From an uncultured Fibrobacteraceae bacterium (GTDB lineage: Bacteria > Krumholzibacteriota > Krumholzibacteriia > LZORAL124-64-63), in NCBI GenBank assembly GCA_964607825.1, contig CAZSNA010000002.1, forward strand, positions 39,770 to 103,769: a DNA stretch of 64,000 nucleotides. Reading direction: 5' to 3'. The position numbers and the translations under genes were made by a program. Below, piece by piece: positions 9,701 through 16,404 of this stretch (position 1 is its first letter; the number at the start of each line of letters is the position of its first letter). The notes below the pieces were generated by a model, which had not been told where the DNA came from, made no database searches, and was given only the letters and a program-made list of their open reading frames with translations.

Positions 9701-11657
9701 TCTCGCCGCCGGACCCGAAGCACACCACGCCCCAGCCCCAGTTGGTGACCAGGCAGTTCGTCATGGTGACGTCGATGAGGTCGGCGGCCTGGTAGTTGGA
9801 CATGGAGAGGCCGTAGCCGGTTATCTGTCCGGTGAAGTCGCAGCCGGTCAGCGTCACCGCGGCGGTGCCCTTGGCGCCGCCCCCGAGACCGCCGTCGCCG
9901 AAGGGCGAGGGCTCGGCCTCGTGGGCCGGCTCGCCGCCCGCCTTGCCGGCCAGCGGATCCTGGATGCGCACGTAGAACCCGTTGCCGGAGTCGACGTCGC
10001 TGTTGACGATGGTCAGGCCGTCGGCCGTGGCGCTCGTGTCCTGGCAGTAGACGCCGGGCGAGTTGTCGACCACCGTCGAGCCCGTGATGTCCACCGTGCC
10101 GGCCTGGATCAGCAGGAGGCCCGAGGCCGCCCAGCCGCCGCCCGTGTAGATGCAGCCGCTCACGTCGCAGTCGGTGATGGTGCCGCCGAGGCCGCCCCAC
10201 ATCTGGATGCCGTTCTGGGCCGTGACGTCGGTGGGGCCCGCGCCCACGGTCGTGCACTCGGTCACGTGGGCGGTCAGGCCCGTGCCGTTCAGGGCGATGG
10301 CGCCCTTCTGGTAGTTGGTCACCGCCACGCGGGTCAGGGTCACCGTGTAGGGCCCGTCGTCGTCGTTGTAGGCGTACACGCCGACGCCGTGCTGGGCCCC
10401 GCTGAAGGGCGTGTCGATGACGTTGTCCACGTCCACGTCGGTCACCGAGCCGCCGGCGTTCCAGAACCCGATGCCCTGGAAGCGGTAGTTGGCGTTGCCC
10501 CGGCCGAGGCCGTCCACCGTGAAGCCGCTCATGGCGAAGGCGTCGACGCCATCGATGAAGACGATCGGGTAGTTGTCGGCGCTGGTCGTGTAGAAGAGCG
10601 TCAGGCCGGCCGGGGAGTCGACGTAGCTGACGCCCGCGCCCGCGCCGGCGAGGGTCAGGTCCTCCGTGTAGACGTGGAGCTGCTCCTCGTAGTGGCCGGC
10701 CCCCACGTTGATCGTGTCGCCGGCCTCGGCCGCGTCGATGGCCGCCTGGATGCTCATCCCGTCGTAGACCGCGAACTCGCCGCCGGCGATCTCCTCGAAG
10801 GTGGTGGCGTCCTCGAAGCCCGCGAACGCGAAGGCCGCGAAGGCCTGGGCGTCGGCCAGGTCGTCACGGTAGAAGGTGAAGCCCTCGGCGCCCGTCCGGA
10901 ACTCGTCGTTGCGCACCAGCCACTCGTAACCGTCGAAGACCACGTTGGTCGAGACCAGCCCGAACTGGTCCTCGACGAAGGTGTTGCCGAGGCCGCCCCA
11001 GTCGGTGAAGGAGCAGGTCCCGGCGTCGACGTACACGTCGTCGCAGGCCCGCGTCGGCACGAGGTACTGGGAGCAGTAGATCGCCACGCTGCCCCACGCG
11101 TTGTTGGCGGAGACGCAGCCGGTCATGGTCACGTGGTGGCAGCCGGTGAGCTGGAAGCCGTTGCCCCAGGTGGCGTCCAGCGAGGTGACGCCGTCGATCA
11201 CCACGTTGTCGTAGCCGTGGATGTCGAGGCCGGCGCGCCGCTTGGGATGCGCGGCGCCGCCCTGGATGGTCACGTTGCGGACGGTGAGACCGTCCTGCAC
11301 GTTGGGCGTGCCGCTGGCGTGGATCACGTAGCCGGCCTCGGCGCCCCCGGTGATCACGTTCAGGGTGAAGTTCTCCAGCACGACCCCGCCCACGGACGGG
11401 TGCAGGCCGTAGCCGGAGCCGCAGTCGATGTCGATCACCACCCCCGCCTCGCTCTGCCCGCTCAGGGTGATGCCCTGGGCGATGTTCAACGTGCTGGTGA
11501 GGGTGTAGGAGCCGTCGAGGATGTTGACGGTGTCGCCGGTGACGGCGCCGCCCACGACGGCGTGGAGCGTGCCGTCCGTCGGCACGGTGTAGGTTGCGGC
11601 CAGGGCTCCGGACGCCGCGAGCAGCGTCAGGGCCAGGGCCAGGCTCGTCCTTCGCAT
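6792..11657 (-). CDS. giant secreted right-handed beta-helix repeat protein with cohesin-like, FN3, dockerin-like and T9SS-type C-terminal modules
   Basis: Start moved to ATG 11657 (MRRTSLALALTLLAASGALA signal peptide, G-rich RBS). About 1000 aa of parallel beta-helix-type repeats follow. The tail has the same domain order as the 3809-6685 gene and ends NFPNPFNPSTTISFDL...GTYFYRL...MLLMK. Confidence 0.8.
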   Translation of the reverse strand: MRRTSLALALTLLAASGALAATYTVPTDGTLHAVVGGAVTGDTVNILDGSYTLTSTLNIAQGITLSGQSEAGVVIDIDCGSGYGLHPSVGGVVLENFTLNVITGGAEAGYVIHASGTPNVQDGLTVRNVTIQGGAAHPKRRAGLDIHGYDNVVIDGVTSLDATWGNGFQLTGCHHVTMTGCVSANNAWGSVAIYCSQYLVPTRACDDVYVDAGTCSFTDWGGLGNTFVEDQFGLVSTNVVFDGYEWLVRNDEFRTGAEGFTFYRDDLADAQAFAAFAFAGFEDATTFEEIAGGEFAVYDGMSIQAAIDAAEAGDTINVGAGHYEEQLHVYTEDLTLAGAGAGVSYVDSPAGLTLFYTTSADNYPIVFIDGVDAFAMSGFTVDGLGRGNANYRFQGIGFWNAGGSVTDVDVDNVIDTPFSGAQHGVGVYAYNDDDGPYTVTLTRVAVTNYQKGAIALNGTGLTAHVTECTTVGAGPTDVTAQNGIQMWGGLGGTITDCDVSGCIYTGGGWAASGLLLIQAGTVDITGSTVVDNSPGVYCQDTSATADGLTIVNSDVDSGNGFYVRIQDPLAGKAGGEPAHEAEPSPFGDGGLGGGAKGTAAVTLTGCDFTGQITGYGLSMSNYQAADLIDVTMTNCLVTNWGWGVVCFGSGGEISLVATDNGLVGNDGFFYNDAALTTVQDASGNDWGTTDPAILEASILGAVDFTPWLAGGAATMPGYAGDFSVLWVDDLGEQIGGGRIQEGVDLVTASTINIGAGTYPGAITIPAGMPMTLDGAGTTSTFLAGGMLLPDGVDGLTLRNFAITGEGAAGAVIRAGHPNNDFTMDHVLLDGAGTWSSYAGGRLTGDVTVTHCEFVDVAGWSVFDSASTGWETVMGTVTFTHNHIHECDGAVAFRGDSADRIDLVVAHDNVWENINENFSSPSQAWACFEAHNVEVLQFHDNIMTNVAENSWGEGQGLQTWKVGDIDIYDNQFIDCWQGIWLPGLGTEPAPTGSIHDNSFDPISDFAVYTTHGGGGFTTGILDARGNWWGDATGPYHPTLNPGGLGYPVSDDVLFDPWAGMGAVAALPASSGPINCGETVTLTFRYEPDAYTPELRGFTVTVDCSAELSFGAGDITDLGAFDAFPPDYFQALDNGDGTFTMDSAILGGTSGLATAADLFSITFHPAADGAGAVTIPAITLRDMDNQDIGALATGATITVDCTAPPGVTDLTSAPAHEEVSLDWTMADASDVDHYEIWRAVWHTGDNTTSAYPEYDDVNPTEPVWPADRAAADASAEWTMIDDTVAGTATSYVDAGAPRGIYYYEVYAVDAADNIGPGAGPSNRATNYWLGDVDAPWDGLVDVLDIDELGATYGYAHGHGSYDNHCDVGPTDDRSGYGIPETDSTVGFEDLMIFALNYGNVAPRQPAEDDTPPAFVWQRLDDTTWALMLEEGCTGLKGVRLTARLPEGVTCTAVAGELLDGQTLPAFVGSGHAGLDVGAALLGRGAAIAGDGELLRVTFSADVVVAPHVTARGVDNADLEASLSTVTEAAAPRVFAVRQNFPNPFNPSTTISFDLPEARGVRLGIYAVDGSLVRTLVGGELPAGRHDIVWDGRDDRRQGVATGTYFYRLEAGPDIEVRKMLLMK
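7797..7986. repeat. 190-bp tract identical to 4814-5003
   Basis: See the partner repeat at 4814-5003. Confidence 0.85.
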
Positions 11658-12026
11658 GAAATCCCCCCCGTTGGAGTGAAGCATCAGCAGGGCGACGCCG
11701 AACCGGCGTCACCGACCTGTAGGAAAACGGGCGATATCAACAGCCGTCCGGGCGAGTTCCGCGTTCGCGGAGGGACGGCGGCGAATCAAGGCGTGGGCGA
11801 TCGCGAGATGGTGCCATATCGGAAGCGTCTTGTCAAATTCCCCTTGTTCGTTAAAGGAGGATTTTGTCGATCCGCTCACAATGTCGCCGGTCGGCGCCGC
11901 ACGGGATCGACATTTTTCTTTCATCTTCGATATGGATATGCAATACTCCGAACCCTATCCCATACCCCTCTCGCCCAACAGGACCCTGCCGGTCTGTCGC
12001 CCGATTCCGGCGAAAGGCGGCATGAC

Positions 12027-12566
12027 ATGTCCTTGCTCCAGAGACTGTACCGGACGTGGCTCCGGACCTCGATCCTGCTCGCTCTCGCGCTTCCGGCCGC
12101 CGCCCAGACCGTGTCCATGGTGCCCCACGTCGCCATGCCCACCACCACGGAGTTCACGGTCTACTTCCACCTGGACACCGACACCAACGACGTGATGGGC
12201 GTGGAGATCTCGGCGACCTTCAACGACGCCGTCGTGCAGCTCGACGGCATCGACGCCGGCGACTGGTTCACGGCCTCCGGCCTGGACTGGTTCTTCTGGG
12301 ACTACACCACGCCCGGGACCGGCACGATCCACTTCACCGGCGCGTTGCTGAACCAGGGACGGACGGCCAGCGGCGTGATCGCCGTGTGCCGGTTCACGGC
12401 CCTCGCGCCGGGCGTCAGCCCCGTCGACTTCACGGACGTCGATGTGCGCGACGCCGCCAATCAGCCCTACCCCGCCGGGCACTCGGTCGACGACCTGATC
12501 ATCATCGACGACGCGATCCCCGCCGACAGCCTCAGCTTCGGCCAGGTCAAGGCGCTCTACCGGTAG
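12027..12566 (+). CDS. small secreted stand-alone cohesin-domain protein
   Basis: This is the real gene at the 3' end of a 1885-aa shadow ORF. ATG 12027; signal peptide MSLLQRLYRTWLRTSILLALALPAAAQ. Cohesin pattern: EFTVYFHLDTDTNDVMGVEISATFNDAVVQLDGIDAG...GTIHFTGALL...GVIAVCRFTAL. Confidence 0.75.
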   Translation: MSLLQRLYRTWLRTSILLALALPAAAQTVSMVPHVAMPTTTEFTVYFHLDTDTNDVMGVEISATFNDAVVQLDGIDAGDWFTASGLDWFFWDYTTPGTGTIHFTGALLNQGRTASGVIAVCRFTALAPGVSPVDFTDVDVRDAANQPYPAGHSVDDLIIIDDAIPADSLSFGQVKALYR

Positions 12567-12586
12567 CGACGCTCCGGCGCATGGAA

Positions 12587-12612
12587 AAGGGCGGGCCGCT
12601 CGGCCCGCCCTT
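12587..12612. terminator. GC-rich hairpin terminator between convergent genes
   Basis: AAGGGCGGGCC-GCTC-GGCCCGCCCTT, a perfect stem with an A-run upstream. Confidence 0.55.
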
Positions 12613-12630
12613 CGTCCGTCCGGTCTCGGC

Positions 12631-14379
12631 CTACTCGTCGGAGAGCGGAGCCGTCGCCGCGTGCGCGCCGCACTTGGCGCCCGCGTAGGTGGCGGTCACC
12701 TCGCCGCCGCCCCGCACGAACCACTGCGCTTCCCGGGTCCCGAAGCCGCCGATCCAGGTGGGCACGCGCCCCGGTCGCGTCTCCACCGGCTGCACGGTGC
12801 CGTGCCAGCGGTCGGTCAGCACGCCGCCCGAGAGCACCTCGACGCCGTCGCCCGCGAGCCGGAACTCGTCCAGGGGCAGGATCCGCTTGCCCCGCGCCTT
12901 GGCCGACAGGGTCGGCAGGCCGCCCGCGTTGACCGCCCGCGCGCGCACGCGCCACAGGCCGTCGCCGAGGGGGGTGGTCTCGGTGATCTCCACGCTCACC
13001 TGCGGCGCCTGTCCGGCGGTCCACAGCACGAACATGGCGTTGCGGTGGAGTTGCTCGGGCAGCATGAAGGTCGGCGGCATGCGGGTGGTGAAGGTGCGCC
13101 AGCCGCCGATCTCGATCTCGCCGTAGGTGGGATGGGTGAACGGGGTCCACTCCCTGTACATCTCGCCCATCATCAACGCGTCGTTGAACTGCTGGCGCTC
13201 CGCCAGGGGCGGGCGGCGGCTCCAGAGGTTGCCGTCCTCGCCGTTGGGCGCGTCGGCGCGGCCGCGGTAGGCGAGCTGCGAGCTCATGTGCATCTCGCCC
13301 ACGAAGCAGTAGACGCCCAGGCACTGGTACATCCACTCGTCGAAGTCGCCGTGGGTGGTGTAGAGGTCCTGCGACGAGATCAGGTAGCGGTAGCCCGGCA
13401 CCACCCGTTCGCCCTCGCGGCCGAGACGGTCGAAGACCTTCAGGTCGGCGGGCGGGATCGGCGGCGACAGGTCGGAGCCGGGGCCGCGCAGCCACATGCC
13501 GCCGTAGTTGTGGAAGTCGAACCCGAAGCAGATGCTCGGCCGCGATGCGATGAAGTCGGAAACGACGCGGGTGCAGCGGGCCGAGAAGGGGAAGTCGCCC
13601 GATCCGGACTGCACGTAGCGGGGCTGCCACATGAAGCCCCAGTTGCGGTTCATGTCCAGGTAGCCGGGGCCGTCCTCGTTGACGCGGCCGTCGCCGTCGT
13701 CGTCGATCCCCTCGCGGCCCAGCAGGCGCCACTCGGCCTGTTCGCCGGGCTCGATCCGGACGGTCACGCGCGGATCGTCGGGATGGGACTTGTGGGTGCC
13801 GTGGGGATCGCGGATGCGCATCTGCAGGATCTCGCCGTCGCCGTCGAGATCGTTCACGTCGTCCTCGTCGTCCAGGCCGTCGCCGTCGTCGTCGTAGGGC
13901 ACGCGGGCGGTGCGGCCCAGGGCGTAGCTGCCCGGGTCCTCGAAGAAGCGGGCGCGGCTGTCCACGTTGACCGTCGGCACGATGTGGAACGAGACCCGCG
14001 CGAGCAGCTCGCCCAGACGCGGCCAGTCGTCCGACCGCTCCAGCAGCAGCCAGGCCAGGTAGAGGCACAGCTCGGTGGACTGGATCTCGTTGCCGTGGAT
14101 GGCGCCGCCCACGTAGACGGCGGGTTTGGCGTCGGGCGGGCCGGTGGTCGGGTCGTTGACCGTCAGCCGCCAGATGTCGCGGCCCTCCTCGCTCTCGCCC
14201 AGCGAGACGAGTTCGGTGCGGTCGGGGTGGGTCCGGTGCAGGGCCTCCAGCACCGCCGTCACCTCGTCCTGGTCGTAGTAGCGGTCCCAGACCATGCGGT
14301 CCGGGTCGATGGCCGTCTCGGCCTGGGCGATCCGGAGGACGCCGGCCAGCAGCACGAGGATCGTCAGCACGCGCTTCAT
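12631..14379 (-). CDS. M14 family zinc carboxypeptidase (secreted)
   Basis: Start at ATG 14379 (MKRVLTILVLLAGVLRIAQA), overlapping the upstream stop as ATGA. Zn motif AIHGNE (HxxE), substrate motif DMNRNW, second Zn-His FHNYGG. Asp-rich Ca-binding-like inserts (DDDGDGLDDEDDVNDLDGDGE). Confidence 0.85.
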   Translation of the reverse strand: MKRVLTILVLLAGVLRIAQAETAIDPDRMVWDRYYDQDEVTAVLEALHRTHPDRTELVSLGESEEGRDIWRLTVNDPTTGPPDAKPAVYVGGAIHGNEIQSTELCLYLAWLLLERSDDWPRLGELLARVSFHIVPTVNVDSRARFFEDPGSYALGRTARVPYDDDGDGLDDEDDVNDLDGDGEILQMRIRDPHGTHKSHPDDPRVTVRIEPGEQAEWRLLGREGIDDDGDGRVNEDGPGYLDMNRNWGFMWQPRYVQSGSGDFPFSARCTRVVSDFIASRPSICFGFDFHNYGGMWLRGPGSDLSPPIPPADLKVFDRLGREGERVVPGYRYLISSQDLYTTHGDFDEWMYQCLGVYCFVGEMHMSSQLAYRGRADAPNGEDGNLWSRRPPLAERQQFNDALMMGEMYREWTPFTHPTYGEIEIGGWRTFTTRMPPTFMLPEQLHRNAMFVLWTAGQAPQVSVEITETTPLGDGLWRVRARAVNAGGLPTLSAKARGKRILPLDEFRLAGDGVEVLSGGVLTDRWHGTVQPVETRPGRVPTWIGGFGTREAQWFVRGGGEVTATYAGAKCGAHAATAPLSDE

Positions 14380-16223
14380 CGCCGACCTCCCGTCTCGCGC
14401 AGAGGGACGCCCGCGGCGTCGGCGCCGAAGCCCGGCGCCCCGGCTCGGATGGTGATCATGTCGCCCGGCGATCCCCGCACCAGCCAGCGCGTCGACGCCG
14501 AGCCCATGGCCGGCACCTGCGCGACGGTCTGGCGCGGGCGGCCCTCCAGCACCTCTGCGCCCTCGAGGGTCAGCGCCACCGGCCGCGGCCGGCGGCTGCG
14601 CTTGCCCTGGGCGGTGGGGTAGGGGACGGCGCCGCCGTTGCGCACGTGCGCCGTCACCACCCACAGGGCGTCGCCGCGGGATTCGATCTCCACCTCGAGG
14701 TCGTCGAGGCGCGGCAGCCGGTCGGGCAGGGAGGCGACGAAGGCCAGCGTGGGGGCCAGCAGGGAATCGAGGGCGGCGGCCGGGGGCGTGCGCCGGGCGA
14801 AGGGGGCTTCGCCGCCGACCTTCACGACGGTGCCGTCGGCCAGGGTCGCCTCGCGCCAGGGCAGGAGGCCGGCGCCGTCCAGGGCGGCGGCGCCGAGTTC
14901 GGCCAGGGCCCGCAGGGCGGGGTCGACGGCGTCGGCGGTGTCGGCCGGCGCGTCGGCGAGGGTGGTGTCGGCGGATGCGGTGTCGACGGATGCGGTGTCG
15001 ATGAGCGCGACATGCAACGGCGGCGTCCACACGTCCACCGCGAAGGCCGGCACGCCGAACTGGTAATAAGCCCAGTCCTGGATGTTGCCGGGAGCGGGCT
15101 TCGCCGGCGCCACGCGCGGGGCGTCTCGGCCCGCGTCCGCCAGGGCGGCGGCGTGGTCTGCGGCGAAGGCGTTCCACCAGACGAGGTCGGCCGCGGGCGG
15201 CGTCTTCGCCGGTCCGGTGTCCAGGTAGGACAGCACGTCGTCTTCGTCCAGCTCGGGACGGTTCAGGGCCTCGCGGGCGATCTCCAGCAACTCGGCCACG
15301 CCGTAGAGCTTCTGGGTGTCGAGCCCGGCGCGGCGGGCGAACCAGCGCGGGGGCTTGTACTTCATGGCGCGAGGGTCGGCGTCGGCCTCGGCGATCGGGG
15401 CGGCGGCGAGGGTGTTGGCAGGCCCGAACACGATCACCAGGGCGATCTCCGGGTGGGCGAAGGCGAAATCCAGCAGGGCGCGGCTCTCGATCTCGCTGGC
15501 GGCCCAGGGGCCGTGGCGCGGCGTCCAGTGACGGAAGCCGTGGGGAAAGTTGCGTCCCGGGATCGCGCCGCCCGGGGCGTCCTCGTTGTAGCGGCCGTCG
15601 CCGTCGTCGTCGTCGCCCTCGACCAGCTTGCGGTACAGGCCTCGCTCGCCTGCGGCCGGGTCGGCCTCGCGGGCGAAGCCCTCGTCCAGGAGCCAGGCGC
15701 CGGCGGGGTCGGGCAGGAGCATCTCGGCGATCAGGCCGTCGCCGTCCAGATCGTTCGGACCGTCCTCGTCGACGGCGCCGTCGCGGTCGTCGTCCTCGGG
15801 CCGGGCGTTGGCGCCGTCGCGGACCCGAGGCTTGGCGAAGAATCGGGCCGCGCCGTCGGGGCTCAGCGAGGGGACCAGATGCCAGGCCACGTCCTGTGCG
15901 CGGCCCGGCCAGGCGCCGGTCACCAGTCCGCGCGCCAGGGTCAGCACGGCCTCGGCGCCGGCGGGGGTGTCGCCGTGGGGGTCGCCGATCACCAGCACGG
16001 CCGGAGCGTCGGCGGCGCCGTCGCGGGGTGCGAGGCTCAGCAGGGGCAGGTCGCGGCCGCCGGCGGTGGTGGCCAGCACGGTCGACTCGGCGCGGGCGTT
16101 GTTGCGCGCGATCAGCTGCAGGGCCGTGGTCAGGGCGTCGTGATCGGCGTACTGGTCGGCCGGGGAGGCGGCCGCGGCGAGCGCGGGGATCAGAACGATC
16201 AACAGCGTGATAAGATGACGCAT
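14376..16223 (-). CDS. M14-like paralog with altered zinc motif (possible pseudopeptidase)
   Basis: Start at ATG 16223 (MRHLITLLIVLIPALAAAA signal peptide). Same Asp-rich inserts and a GRNFPH motif. HGDT occupies the position of HxxE. Confidence 0.7.
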   Translation of the reverse strand: MRHLITLLIVLIPALAAAASPADQYADHDALTTALQLIARNNARAESTVLATTAGGRDLPLLSLAPRDGAADAPAVLVIGDPHGDTPAGAEAVLTLARGLVTGAWPGRAQDVAWHLVPSLSPDGAARFFAKPRVRDGANARPEDDDRDGAVDEDGPNDLDGDGLIAEMLLPDPAGAWLLDEGFAREADPAAGERGLYRKLVEGDDDDGDGRYNEDAPGGAIPGRNFPHGFRHWTPRHGPWAASEIESRALLDFAFAHPEIALVIVFGPANTLAAAPIAEADADPRAMKYKPPRWFARRAGLDTQKLYGVAELLEIAREALNRPELDEDDVLSYLDTGPAKTPPAADLVWWNAFAADHAAALADAGRDAPRVAPAKPAPGNIQDWAYYQFGVPAFAVDVWTPPLHVALIDTASVDTASADTTLADAPADTADAVDPALRALAELGAAALDGAGLLPWREATLADGTVVKVGGEAPFARRTPPAAALDSLLAPTLAFVASLPDRLPRLDDLEVEIESRGDALWVVTAHVRNGGAVPYPTAQGKRSRRPRPVALTLEGAEVLEGRPRQTVAQVPAMGSASTRWLVRGSPGDMITIRAGAPGFGADAAGVPLRETGGRR

Positions 16224-16404
16224 GAACGACCTTCGGCTCGGGTGATGAACGGCCAGGCGCACCATTGTACCCCTTCCCGGTCGGGCCTGTGTATGACGAA
16301 TCTCGGCGTATCCGGCGCCGGGCCTCTCCGTCCGCGTAACGTCCGCGTAACGCAGCCGGCGTATCTTCGATCACGCGTTGCAGCTGATCCGTCGGCGAAA
16401 GGAC

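Noticed and set aside
8542-11712. ORFs 8542-10257 (-, 571 aa) and 10864-11712 (-, 282 aa), out of frame within the beta-helix gene.
   Set aside because: They are Arg/His/Pro-rich frame-shifted shadows. I saw no evidence of a frameshift or pseudogene, because the main frame is uninterrupted for 1621 codons.
11709-11924. 71-aa ORF in the less GC-rich divergent intergenic region 11658-12026.
   Set aside because: It has no RBS and no recognisable fold or signal, and it lies where the two divergent promoters must be. A TTGACA on the minus strand (11829-11834) has no convincing -10 partner, so I did not call a promoter either.
6909-12026. The first ~1700 codons of the 1885-aa plus-strand ORF 6909-12566.
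   Set aside because: This part is antisense to the beta-helix gene and is Gly/Arg/Val/Asp low-complexity. Only the last 180 codons (from ATG 12027, with a signal peptide and cohesin domain) look real.
14380-16374. N-terminal 660-aa extension of ORF 12631-16374.
   Set aside because: It is an Arg/Pro-rich shadow running out of frame through the upstream M14-like gene. The true start is the MKRVLT methionine at 14379, which has a signal peptide and an ATGA coupling overlap.
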